From positions 3,141,729 to 3,205,728 of the forward strand of contig OZ037769.1 of NCBI GenBank assembly GCA_964035545.1: DNA of 64,000 bases. Direction: 5' to 3'. This document shows positions 1 through 24,539 of the stretch, piece by piece. Made by a program: the position numbers and the translations under genes. Origin of the DNA: Bugula neritina (lineage: Eukaryota > Animalia > Bryozoa). The stretch's first letter is position 1; the number at the start of each line of letters is the position of its first letter. The notes under the pieces are model-generated. The model saw only the letters and a list, made by a program, of their open reading frames with translations, was not told where the DNA came from and did not search any database.

Positions 1-1542
1 CTTTGCAAAAATATTCACATTAAAAATAATTGCATTCAAAGTTTTTTTTTAAAGCAATTTGCATATTTCAAATAAAATTTGGGTTTATAATGAAACGAAA
101 GTGTGGCCAGTTTATATTACTCGTTGTTTTTGCTGGGCGTATAATATTGTTGGGTTGAGTCTTGGTGTATAATATAATTAAAGGGAGGGAGTTTCTACGT
201 TCATAACACATAAAACTTATAGGTATTGGAAATGTATGCTTTAACCAAACTGCTACTAAATTTCCTAAGCTTACAAATGTTGATTTTTACTATATTGCAA
301 TGTTTTTTTAGGTGTAGTGAAAATTATTATTTAATTATAGACTCAATGCTTCCCATTTGGAGTTTAAAAGAACACTCATCAATTGCAGAATTTTCATAAA
401 AAGATAAAAACTTAGCTTTAAATTTTTGTAAGAAAGATGTAGAAATTTGTTTACAAAATTATTTTAAAATTATACATTTGGGTTAAAGTCCATTTCCATT
501 TCATGTTCATCGCATTACTTTAGGATTCAAAGTTCATTGTTTTGTCTGAGTGTTTGTCCATCAAATAAAATCACCGTGAACACCAAAAGACAACAATTTG
601 GAAAAAAATCAACTTTCACATTGTGTGCCAAACATATAAATGATTTATTATACACAGGCATATGGATACTTTTGATAAAAATAAACAAAAATTGGCACCA
701 CTTCAAAAATGTTTCTGTTCTATTATAGTGAATCATTATTGCAACAAAACAACCTCAATAACATACATAAACAAATATTTATGGCATTTGATTATTAGCA
801 CAATTATAACTAATATGTGAGTGGTTCACCATCTAAAGATAACTTCCATCAAATGATAGAGAACTATGATGGCCTGATAGCCAGCTCCGCTTACTGTTTA
901 CATAAATATTATGATACAATATCATGATTCAAACCATGTATACTAATTATTAACATAATGATATGGCCACTGTTTTATTTAAAGTACTAAACTCTAATGT
1001 CCCGAATTGGGTTGATAATTTCTTCTGCAAAAAAAACTTTCAAACTGCGAGATATAATTATATGTACCAAGCATTAGGTTTTAGCAACTGTCATTTTATT
1101 TTTGCACTCTTCATTGATGTAAGAAGCTTGCAAGTTCAACTATTCGTTTTATCTACCCTGCCAAGCATTTAAAGACAAAACTCCATTACTTTTTGCATAT
1201 TAACCCAAAAATTTTTTTTACAAAGTTTAACTAGAGCGAGCTTGCATAAAAATATCATAAGTGTGTGACATCAGCACCTTGGTCAGAAGCTTTTACTTAG
1301 TCTATTTATTCTTCGCTACCTGTCCAGCTATATCATATTTCTTTACATGTAATTACACAATTTATTTATTGGGAATGGACTTGTATACTGTAATAAGCTG
1401 ATGCATACCTATTGCTCGACATGCATTTTACACCCAAACCTCCCTCAACTTCTCATTGTATTCATTTTCTACTTTTTTTATTTAAAACATTTTAACATTC
1501 AGATATCAACTGCAGCAATATAGTCTGATCACGTAACTTTAG

Positions 1543-1823
1543 GTTGAGAGATGCAACTACATGCTCAAGTCTTTTGTGAAACTGGCACTAGAGGGCGCTG
1601 ATCATGACGACAGGACTTTAGCTCATCTCTTATCAAATCCGACGAATGATGGTGGTCAGTGGCAGATGCTGGTGAATCTGATAGAGAAGTATGGGCTGAT
1701 CCCTCTGTCTCAGTGGCCCAGTCCTGTACTGGCTGAGAACTCTTCTAGACTCAACACCATACTTAATAATCAGGTGAGTCACTCTCTTTCTATCTATATA
1801 TTCTATTCTATATCCAACTTGTG

Positions 1824-1878
<55 letters not shown>

Positions 1879-4800
1879 GTAACATAATATGATATAATAT
1901 AATATGATATTTATTGGCAGCTTTAACGAGACTTAATTGATTGACTAATGGGATGTGGCTGGGGTCAATGCCTTCACCCTGACAGACAGAATTTTGATGA
2001 AATACATGCGAAACCTTTCCTATCACTAAATGCAAACACCAGCCCTTTTAGTATCCATTATTTTCAGAAATGATGGATATATACCTTAAAATCAAAGTTT
2101 AATGTGAAACTGCAAGCCTGGAGCTGCTCCATAATAGATAGTCTTATTATGTGACCCTATTTATCTTTCCTTGAAGTTCACTTCACATTGTAGTACTATA
2201 CCATTTCTCAGCATTTTCATATACTGGTGCTGTTTGAGCTTTTTATATTTACTATAAAAACCGCTGGTTTCCCATAACTGCTGGAATTTATTACTAGCTA
2301 ATGCTTTGGTGTTTTGATTGATTGACTCACTTCTGAAAATTCTAGAAGCTTACAATAATTTCTTTGAAGTTGATACTATAACATTACGTTGGTAAAGAAA
2401 TAATACTTGCATTTTCAGCAAAATTCTTTGTGTATTCTGCATCTTCAGACAAAAACTGCTAGATCTGGAATTTCTTTCACACTGATGTTGACACTTTGAT
2501 TAGAAATTTATGAGCAGGATGTTGAATTAAGTGGCCATTAGGTATAGTCTCACCTTTTGACTGGAGCTGTCAGTGCTGGATGCATGTTTGGTCATTTGTC
2601 AACTCAAGTGCCTTAGAAAGTTCAACTCTGTTGACCAGTTTCCTGTGTTGAGCAGCTTCTATACGTTAGCTGGCCATTTTTTATTACTTGAAAATATGTT
2701 TCACTTTCAACCCCCCCCCCCCCCCAATACTCTTAGATGAGGATGGTAAAACACAATAGAGTGTTACAAGGCATTAATACCTTGATGGTAGAGAGAGTTC
2801 CAATTACGTGAGGCTAAGGATTGGGGGATAAAATAATGTTCCCCCCCCCCCTGTTAACTGTAAATGGTACGAATTATCTGAAGTAATGCATGTTTTGGGT
2901 AATAATTTCTTAATCCCATCCCATTTGCTTCTCGCAGCTGCGTACCAACTGTTCAATCTTAATGAGAATGGTGAAAGAAGGGAAGACGGCAAAGGAGCTA
3001 GACGATGCTGTGTGTACAATGATGTCTTCTGTAAGTATGCAACACAATGATCTCTAAACAGACAGCTACTAGGTACATTTTTCACATCAAGTTTGAGCAT
3101 GTATTTTTTAAAATGATGAAGAAGTTTTTCAGAACTGGTAAACACAGCAAGCTGGGTGATGAGATGAAAGCTGCATACCAGAGTAGGCTTGTTGACAGTG
3201 TTTATATTTGGATCACTATTAAAATGAGACTAAAGATATTTGAGTTGGTTTTATTGAGTGCAGGTGGACACTAGATGGGACGTAATCCATGCTAATAAAG
3301 CTCAGAGCTCAAAACATTGCCAACTTTTAAAGCTTTGGCTAAGTTTTATATTAGATAAAATTGGAAACATTGCCATATTAGCTGCCAGCTGAGGTTAACT
3401 GCAACTCAAGAGATAGTAAACATAAGTTTGTTATAATTATTTGGCAGGATACAATTATTTAATTGAATGTCCTAAAATATATATATATTATGGGATATAA
3501 TATATTATTGATTATTTGTTAGAAAATATATCATTTATTTGTTTATAGTATGCTAGTTTCAGTTCATTGATTTGTTTACATATTATTTTTAGGACAATTT
3601 AATTTAAAAAACACACATGTTTGGTGTAAAGCTCTGAAAGCTGTGATGAGTACCTTCAAGCAACTAAAAAAAAACAAAGTCTTTTAAATTTATATATATA
3701 GAATAATATTTTATTTCCCATAACTATAAGGTCACTGGTCCTTAACCATTATGTCTAGGAATGCCATGCAGTTTAACTTTTATAATTAATGGATGGTGAA
3801 GTGTCCGTAAACAGTCACATACTTTGTTGTGGGTGTAGTCCTATCTATCATGTCTGTGATACCAACAGGCTGATGAAAATTGGGTCACTGAGAGATTATA
3901 ATAATTTATTTTATTTCTCCAGTCAACATTCTTGCTATGTGCTGCTATCACGTTGTGAACATAAAGTGAAACCATTAAACAAGAAACAACTTTGTTTTTA
4001 AGTTCTGACTCTGTGGGAAATCTACTGAAGTAAACTTAGCATTATATTGCATTACTTTGTATATATAAGCTTATTTCATTGGAGTTATGTATTCTTTAAC
4101 CTGCACTGCACCCCTGCTGACCATAAAACAAGATATTAGATATTGCTAGTGATGCAAATGATAAAGTGTGTAGGCTGTATGGAGCCAGGGGGTGGAATAA
4201 ATTAAACCAATTGTTGTAAAAGGAGTAATTGTTCTATAGTGGCACTTGACACAGCAGCTCATATCCTGAAGGGAAGTGCAATCCAAGATCCTAATTGTTC
4301 TAATAAACCTGGTGATATGAATGTAAAACTATGGCAAACAGAGCCAGTGGTTTGCAAGTAGTTGGGGCTACTTTCCAGCATTTTCTGTCACTTACTGTTT
4401 CCCAGATTTCTGTCTTTTATGATACATTATTCTGTGGAGAAACAGAGCGGTCTGTTTCCACACTCTATTCAATTCTATGAATTGTTTGGTCGGAATTTTG
4501 TTTTCAAAAAATCAAAGCACCATTTGACTTTTGAAATCTTTCAAATATATTTTCAGTTTTACAAGGTGCTTGCTTGCACACTGCATGTGAAAATGACTTA
4601 TGAGGGGGGGGGAGGGCTGTGAATTTTTATAGTGGATGAACGACATTGCAAGAATGATTATGCTGGAGTGAGTTATATATTATGTTAATTTTTAGACGTC
4701 TGAAGCATAACTGCTATACAACGCATATATTTAGCACAGCAACCAGGCATTACATAAAAAAAATGCCAAGTAAATTATAGCTGTGCAGTTTTCCTCTATA

Positions 4801-7800
4801 TGTTTCAAGTTATTTTAGAAAAAAGAGCTATTAAAAAAAACTCTAGAATACCATAGTGTAAAAGATTAGTCTAAATGCTATTAATGCTTCAATCTGCAAT
4901 CATGCCCCAATAAAAAGGAAATGAAATATGATTTTTGAAAAAAAATATATTTGTTCTAAAACATAAAAACAAGCAAATGGGGTGCGTACTGCATTGTGCC
5001 TTAGTTTAGCTCTGTGTCTCAAGCTATCCCAGCCTCTCTAAGCCAGGTATGTGTTGCAGATCTTTGAAGTTATCAGTACCTGTCTTGGGTCACCACCACA
5101 ACTGGTTGAATTTGAGTATTATGATAAAGATAAGAATTATCATAAAGTGGGACCCATTACACCTCTACAGTTCTACCAGACCATGTTCAAGCCCCAGTTT
5201 GACCTTGAGAAACAGGTGAGTGTTGTAGAGTCTGTACTTTCTAACAGCAACTGTAGATTTGCTGGACTGAAAATGTTTCAAGTCTATTCAATCTATACTC
5301 ATTTATGCATATATTAACTTTATATGCGCATATATATGCTAGCCTCACGAGCACGCTATGGTCATTTCGGGCTCTTACAGTGTTACTTGCCACCCAAATT
5401 GTAGTTAATGCTTATAAATATATATATATTAGGGTATATCTGTAATGTAATTTATTTGTTTGATAAAATTGAAAGATAAATATTTTTCTAATTTTTTTTT
5501 TAATTATAAGGACACCGTTATTTGGTTACAATATTACCCTTCATTGAACATTATTTACCCAGTCGTATGTGTGTAGATGAGCTAGCGGAGTACATATATA
5601 TTTCTGGGGCCTTCCTATTTTGTTCTGCTACATATTTTATCATAATTATAAAAATTTATTGAAGTATTTTATATTCTGGAATTTTTATTTTGTCATTTTG
5701 TGACACTTTAAAATGACTGGAGTAGACTGTAACAGCATGGCATATATTGTCATCAGAGGAAATATTCTCCTCAGCTCTTTACTCACAATAAATCATAACA
5801 TCAGTTTTTTGTGAATAAATATGTGGTTAAAGTGAGAAATAAAAACTTTGAATGCACAGAACTGCTATTACTGATTGCCCAGGTATTGAAATATCTGTGT
5901 AGTTGAACATCTTCACTGCCAGCAACCATGCATGATGTGTGAGAGCCAAACCACTTCAAAGGAACTCTTCTTATGATTATCATTTTTAAATTTAAAGTTT
6001 TTTACAACTAATCTTGGCTGCATACTGTTTCATTTAAAGAATTTTAATCAATTTGAACAAAAAATCATTAAAACGATGGCAGAAAATGAAAACTGGGGTT
6101 TTTGTATTCTGTTGTAATGTATTCATGTCATTTTACCCCTTAGTAAGCAGGCTATCAACTGTGGTTCACTATATTAGGATTATAAATTATATAATTCTTA
6201 ACTATCAGTGATATTTGTGAGCAGTTACTCCTTTCATGACCTTCATCTGTATAAACATCTGTAAAAAACCTACCTAAATAGACTTCTCGCAAGGACCAAG
6301 CTAAAGTAGTTCCTGTGGCTCTTTGTAACACTTTTATCATTTCTAAGAAATATAGGGTAAGGGGGGGGATAAAATTTGAATAAATATTGCTTTAAATTAT
6401 TTAATTTATATATTTATATTTGTCTATAATGCTTTTTTAGAGTGGAAAAGTTAATTATTTTTGAATTTGATAATGGCTGAGTTAGTGAATTAAGTTTTTG
6501 ACACAAAAAGTATGCGGCTGTTATTTAGGTATTATCATTTTTATAAAAATTATAAACTTTACAGATTTTCCTTTTTGTTTTCTCCGATTTGATTACACAA
6601 ACATGTTTGTAAGACTACAATATTATAGTCAATTAGTCAATAGTCGGAATTTTTCTTTGGGAAAACTCTATAGACTTACAAATACATTTCTAGCAAGTAT
6701 TCTACTAGATTAAACTTGTAAAGCCTGAATACTGGTGCTTAGCTGGTGTCTGGTCAGGATTTATTTTCTAACATCTTCGGTTTCAGGCTTTTTGGTACAC
6801 AAATTACGTTCTACCAATTGGTGTTTTCCCTGCTTTGTCACATAGTCTCAAAGTACACAAAAATTTTTGGGGCCGAGAAAACGCACTTAATAAGTCTTTA
6901 GTTGTACCTAAAAATATGCCATAAGTGCTAAATACTCGCAGTTTATCAGCAACTAATGGAGTATATTCAGCTCAGCACTGTGTAATGGGAGAGGTATGCT
7001 CTTTGGCTTAATAATTTCACAGGCTATTTTTAGCTGTCCATTAATTTGATTGCAGACAGAAATGTATAATGACTACAGTTGAATGATTGCTTGCTTCATA
7101 AGATGAAACACTACCCAATACCTACAGTTGCACACCTAATCTGTGAGTTATCATTTCTCTCGCTGACACTATTTGTTTGTAAACTCAGGTGGTGCTGACC
7201 CACGACCCCAGGTCAACCAGTCCATACTATAAAACATACACAGTAGCCTACCTGAACAACATGGGAAACTGCAAACCTGTTACCTACCTCAACCTGCCCA
7301 TAGAGCAACTCAAAAAGTACACTAAAGACTCTATTGAAGCTGACAAGGTTTGTATTGCGAAACACCTGCAGGTACGCTGTGTAGGTGACAGATGAACCTA
7401 CACCTGCACCTACAATTTCTCCCATGTGAAAAACATGCAAAAACGGCTCACGCATTGGCGAATTTCCCATGTAAATTTTGTTATGATGAGCGTACACCTA
7501 TCACTTGCGCATGCATGTTGATAATTACAGTATAGCCAGCCGTGCATGTTTTAGGCTGTATGGTTTGGCTGTGATGTTGGGAAAGAGTTTTCTAACGAAG
7601 ATGCCACCCTAGTAACTGACCAGTGAGTGCTGCTGCAATGCTTATTCTATCTCCATATTGCGTTACTTTCTTGTAGTAGTTGAACTCTGCTTGTGAGAAT
7701 AGACCAGGAAAGTCTAAACCAGTCTTACTTTTTTGTTTTTAACCCTAAGATTCCCATTAACCTTTACTTCACAATATAGACTTGCCTGCATATCTGACAA

Positions 7801-9746
7801 GTATAATCATTTGTCCTTATACAAAGCACATCATTACTTCATACAGTGTGAGTAACAGATACAGCTGTTCAGAGTGAAATGATAAATATTTGATTCGAAC
7901 CACATCTGAGTATGTTACTTTTCTGTATTATTTAGATTCAATTACAAACTAGTTCTGGGCATCGACATCAGGGGGGCTGATAAAGCAACCCGTCTTTTGT
8001 ACAAAGATTCTGAGATGACCCACGCTATGGTCTTTACTGGAATGAATGTAGAGGTGAGTAACTGATATCTACTTCATAATATATTCATAGCTTACATGTT
8101 ATACACAAATTGTGTTATGTTATACTCTATATTCTATATTATACTGTTATACTATGTTATACTCTATATTATACTGTTATATTATGTTATACTCTATACT
8201 ATACTGTTATACTATGTTATACTCTATATTATACTGTTATACTATGTTATACTCTATATTATACTGTTATACTATGTTATACTCTATATTATACTGTTAT
8301 ACTATGTTATACTCTATATTATACTGTTATACTATGTTATACTCTATACTATACTGTTATACTATGTTATACTCTATACTATACTGTTATATTATGTTAT
8401 ACTCTATATTATACTGTTATACTATGTTATACTCTATACTATACTGTTATACTATGTTATACTCTATATTATACTGTTATACTATGTTATACTCTATATT
8501 ATACTGTTATACTATGTTATACTCTATATTATACTGTTATACTATGTTATACTCTATATTATACTGTTATATTATGTTATACTCTATATTATACTGTTAT
8601 ACTATGTTATACTCTATATTATACTGTTATATTATGTTATACTCTATATTATACTGTTATACTATGTTATACTCTATATTATACTGTTATACTATGTTAT
8701 ACTCTATATTATACTGTTATACTATGTTATACTCTATATTATACTGTTATATTATGTTATACTCTATATTATACTGTTATACTATGTTATACTCTATATT
8801 ATACTGTTATATTATACTGTACTATATTATGCTGTTATATTATACTGTGTATTATACTACACTATGCTGTTCGATTTCACATTCCCAGGAAAATGGAGAA
8901 GTCAGTAAATACCGAGTAGAAAACTCTTGGGGGGAGAATGGCGGGTCAAAGGGCAAAGGTATGAACACATCAATTCAATCTTGTATCAAAATAATCATAA
9001 TTATTTAATGTTTAGGATTAAACCATGAAAGTATCACCGTTAACTATGAAGGTGGCAGTTGGAGTAATTCTAGCTAGAAAATATAAATATATGTTGTTGG
9101 TAACTCTATTTCTTGTTATAGTAATCATGCTGTCAGTTTCTATGCGAATTCCACCTGTGAAGTGGCATTTTAATGCTTTAGAACTATACAATATTATAAT
9201 GTTTATTGTGCATCCAACATTATCTCTTCCTAATTATTCAATTTTGGAGTTATCTCTCTTTTTATATGGACAGGATCCCTTTATGAGCACACTGATGCCT
9301 TTTTCTGATCAGTCATTATTTAGGGGGGGGGGATAATTGCCTCTATACTCTAGTTTAATCACAACTTTGCTATGCAATACCTTGAATACAATTTTACATT
9401 TGTTGATTTCTGTTTATGATTTCAAGGTGTACAAGTGACATTATAATAAGTGAATACTAGTAATTTAATTGTGGTATTTTTACATTAGATATTAGCAGAT
9501 TCTTGCAGGTTGTTTGCCAGTATAACATGTTTATGATTGAGTGTCTACCTTGAAAGACATTCATGAGAAAATGCTGTGTTTACTCTTTTAGGCTATTTGA
9601 TGATGAATGACGCTTGGTTTGACGAATATGTGTATCTAGTAGTCATTGACCAATCATTGCTCAGTGAAGATATTATTGAGTGTCTAGTGCAGGAGCCCGT
9701 AGTTCTACCAGCATGGGACCCAATGGGAGCTTTGGCTATCAACTAA
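1543..9746 (+). CDS. BLMH: Bleomycin hydrolase (C1B cysteine aminopeptidase), 5'-partial. Exons 1543-1773, 2938-3030, 5060-5215, 7189-7347, 7555-7622, 7936-8053, 8889-8958, 9592-9746
   Basis: All introns are GT-AG and phase-compatible. Family motifs: DGGQWQMLVNLIEKYG, AVWFGCDVGK, MTHAMVFTG (catalytic His), RVENSWG (catalytic Asn), C-terminal LPAWDPMGALA. The catalytic-Cys exon was not found in 1-1542 and is presumably upstream of the window. Confidence 0.96.
1825..1876. repeat. (TA)n microsatellite in BLMH intron
   Basis: Pure TA run of about 25 units. Confidence 0.95.
8131..8810. repeat. 30-bp minisatellite (ACTCTATATTATACTGTTATACTATGTTAT), about 22-23 copies, in BLMH intron
   Basis: Near-perfect 30-nt period with two recurrent C/T variant sites. 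It explains the three spurious 269-298 aa ORFs. Confidence 0.97.
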
Positions 9747-10572
9747 ACTGCTAACTGCAGTTTAATATTTTCTTGTGCAGTCCAGATGATCAAAATTTAG
9801 TGGAAGCAGGTGAAACTTTGCTGTAAACTATCATGGCATGTTTGTGGTAGTGCACCAGTTCTCTGTGTGAAATGAATGCATGCTTTACAAATAGTATTAT
9901 TCCTTAAAGCTAATGGGCATCCAGAAGCTGTACCTTTACCTCTATTACTTTTGGCTTTTACCTATACATTATCTTTCATTTTAATTAATTTATATAGCTA
10001 CATAACTATACACACATTAAAATTTAATAGTTTTTAGAATATAGTTATATTATATAAAATTACACTTTAATATTAGATCAGGAGTTGTGCCCACATTACA
10101 GTTGGTTTTTCAGCGAGTGACCTATATACTTAAAAGGCTTTATAACAAAGTGTGCATTGAAACTGTATACTGTGCAACTGTGTTTATTAATACAATAAAA
10201 TAGTACTATTTTATTCAAATTCGACAAAAGACATTTATAACTAAATATTTGAAATGTGAAAAGCAATAAAAATGTCACAAGCATAAATAATGTCAGCTGT
10301 AAAAGAAAGCAACCCATGATAACATGTAGTTAGGTTAACTAAATAAAGTCCATACAAAACCTACAAACACTTCGAAAATTAAATATTACAAAACATATTA
10401 TATGATATATGCGGTAGTGAGTTTGTTCTAATACTTCAGATAGATGATCAAGATATATGCATATTATCTTTCAGAACAGAGTTATTAACTAAGGCGAAAC
10501 AGATCTCTTATAGACTAGAGAATACAGAGCGGTTATACATTTAACGACATAATAATAAAACATGATTTCTTT

Positions 10573-15832
<5,260 letters not shown>

Positions 15833-16869
15833 AACTGAATCTGATCTACAATCAATAAAAACTGAATAACTAGCAATATCTCAGTATATTTAAGTCATTG
15901 ACAAGAATAATGGTGAATCTTCATCTTTAATTATTTTGTTAATCCAATGGGTAGAAAGAAAGAGAGATTAAAAACATGATGATAACTGAAAAGGAATAGT
16001 GGCTAGAAATACCAAAAAAAACCGAAACTTAAACGGGACAAACCAGTGTTTCATTGCATCACAAATGCAAGTTTTTCCCAATTATTTACAGCCAGAAAAG
16101 ATAACCATAGACAGTTATATAGTCTATATATTATTACCATGTTTAGTGTAAAGTTATACAAATATACAAATACAACTCAAAACATGATTGTTTAAGCAAC
16201 TGCTATGGTCTATGTAGTTAGCCAGATATACCACAATATACTATAAACTTGAAGCACAATTTCAGCAAAATATTTCGTTGAATATGCAGAGAATTTGCTT
16301 AACTTGCTTACTAAAATATTGGCTGATTTGCTGATTAATTAATATTTGCTTTCAATAATCAGCAGTTTCAGAAAGTATTAAAAAATTGGAACCCAATTTC
16401 AGTTAAGTTATAAGCAAAATTTTAACAACACTGAATAGGTTCCTTATTTTAAATGTTAGTAGCTGACATTTACTTTCAGCTTGACAATTTAGTTTTACGG
16501 ACAAAAAATAAAATATGCAACCCTGGACTCAAACGTGCCCAGTGACTATCACTTAGACTTGAAGTTAGGGCTAATCACATTCACTACTACTACCAGTACT
16601 GGTACTTCTAGTATATTCATATTGAATATGATTATCAATATGAGTACTAGTATAAATAATAATTATCATGATGAGTTCATCATCAACCATCATGATTTAA
16701 ATCATCATTATTACTATGATTATTATTAATATTATGGTTATAGTTCCTTAGCTATTATTTATTTATTATCATCAAATGATTATCCTTAAAGTTAATGATG
16801 ATTATTATGGTAGCAAATTGAAATAACTAGTACTATTAGTATTACTATTAGTATTACACTTACAGTTAT

Positions 16870-17729
16870 AGGTAATACTAATACTGATTTGTCCACCTGT
16901 TCTAGAACTGTGCCATTTAGCACACTACGCGTTAAATGGCACAGTTCTAGAACAGGTGGACAAATCAACATACCTCGGAGTGACTCTACAGGCCAACCTG
17001 AAGTTTGATAATCATATCCGGAGCAAAATATTGCTAGCAAACAAACAACTGGGGATGATCAAAAGGGCTTTGCGCTGGGCACCCGAAAAAGTGAGACTCA
17101 TGGCTTACAAATCCCTATGCCTTCCTCACCTAGACTATGCTTCTGCTGTTTGGGACCCCTATACTACAAAAGAAATAAATTCCATCGAAGAGGTACAAAC
17201 ACGGGCAGTAAGAGCCATAGCTAACATCAAGGGTAGAAGAGGAGTGCGAGAAGCAAAAGAAAGACTGGAGCTGGCCGCCCTCGATGAAAGAAGAAGAACT
17301 CAACGGCTAAGACTCCTTATGAGGATACTCCAAAAGGAAGAATATCACCCAGCACTCTCTGCAGCGTATGACGAACTAATAAATACCCCGGAAAGTTTTA
17401 TCCAAACTAGGGCCCAAACACTAGGACAGCCAAGATCAGTCAGCACCAATAATAACTGCTATTATAACAGCTTCTTGCCACGAACAATCCGTGACCTTAA
17501 AGGGAACAATCCTTGCAAGACTAATTTACACACAGAATAATCTAAACATTGACAGGTTAACTTACCTGTACTAATAAACAATATTGCAACACACACTGCA
17601 ACCAATTTATGGACTATTGTATGCATTTTACTTTCTGACCAACCATAAACATATGAGGCATGCCGCTTCTGCTACCTAGTGGTCTAGCATGATCGTAATC
17701 TGGAGGTAACTGGAGGTAATACTAATACT
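16870..17729 (+). mobile_element. 5'-truncated non-LTR retrotransposon (CR1/L2-group-like ORF2 C-terminus) with 16-bp target-site duplication
   Basis: Open frame about 16923-17540: YALNGTVLEQVDKSTYLGVTL...HIRSKILLANKQLGMIKR...AYKSLCLPHLDYASAVWDPY...IEEVQTRAVR...SFLPRTIRD. Tandem 3' tail (CTGGAGGTAA)2 at 17700-17719. AGGTAATACTAATACT occurs at both 16870-16885 and 17714-17729. Confidence 0.92.
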
Positions 17730-18415
17730 AATAGTAATACTATTAGTATTACTATTGGTATTAGTATTTTAATTTAATTATACTATAGGTATAACCATAA
17801 CTATAAGTATAACTATAGTAATACTAATACTAATAGTCATAGTCATAGTGATACTGTGATAATCTATAAGTATAAGCCATTGTAGAATTAAAACATGTAC
17901 CCAGTAGTCAGTACTGGCCAAATTTGAAATACTGATACATTTTGAGAACCTGAATACTGAGTGTTACTGTTAGTACTACTTATTTATTGTTACTATAAAA
18001 ATTTAAACATAATTAATCATTAATGCCAATGGTGATGTTGATGTTATATCTTTATTATTAAATTTAATGATATTAATTCTAATTGAAAATAGTTCCGTGG
18101 TAGGAGAATCATTTCTGACAAAGGATTAAAGTTCACTCTGATTTCTTATAAGAGCCTTAGTTAGAGTCACCGAAATAAAACTAAGAGTTTTATTTTAAAG
18201 CTAGAGGTTGAGGCGGGCGTGTTTTATTCATACAAAAAATTCCGAACTATCATCAAAAGTAGGAGTAGATCTTATTCTAAATCGCTCGCAGCAGACATTC
18301 TATATAGTGTATTATGCTTGAAGCTGATAACAAATTATTTTGCATTTAGTATTACCTACAATTTTTTATTTAAATAGGAGGAACATGCAAGGTGATGGTA
18401 TATATTTTATACATG

Positions 18416-18449
18416 TGTATGTGTAAAAACTATAGTTTTTACACATACA
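18416..18449. repeat. Perfect 34-bp palindrome, intergenic
   Basis: TGTATGTGTAAAAACTA|TAGTTTTTACACATACA. Confidence 0.9.
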
Positions 18450-19006
18450 TTAAGTTTATATTTCACGATGACGGTAACCATTAATGGCTAACTAGCCAAC
18501 TTGTTATAATGACTTTATTGTATGAGTATAGTGATACTGAATTACTATTAGTGTTACTATACAGTGTATAATACTGTAAAATGTATAAATAAAAGAAAAT
18601 AAAAAGCAGTTTGGCAAGAGGTACAAAAGTACTAATAACCATAAATCTTCAGTGGATTACATCAATAAAAAACACAGGGAATCAAGTTTAGGAATAACCG
18701 ACTGACACAATAAAGACCAATCTACCCGCTAGCACTACTCAGTTACAACCTCACAAATAATTCAACACAACAAATAAAATAAGTTACACAATAAAATATA
18801 CTATAATATTCTAATATGGCACAACTTCATGTGCATTTATTTGAATGATTCAACCACAGATTAACATGGTTGAATGCTTTCTAGTGACCTAAACTCAATT
18901 ATGCTTGTATTATATATGTGTATACTAAATATTATATGCAATACAATGAATAATAAATAAAAATATAAGACTGAAATTCTGAGTAGTTTGTGCGCATGAA
19001 AGCTGA

Positions 19007-24539
<5,533 letters not shown>

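Noticed and set aside
7368-7413. Short GTGTAGGT...ACCTACAC hairpin in a BLMH intron, possible H/ACA RNA
   Set aside because: Only an 8-bp stem; no convincing H and ACA box architecture.
8096-9008. Three long overlapping ORFs (269-298 aa) rich in Y/I/L/C
   Set aside because: They are translations of a 30-bp intronic minisatellite whose unit cannot form stop codons on the plus strand.
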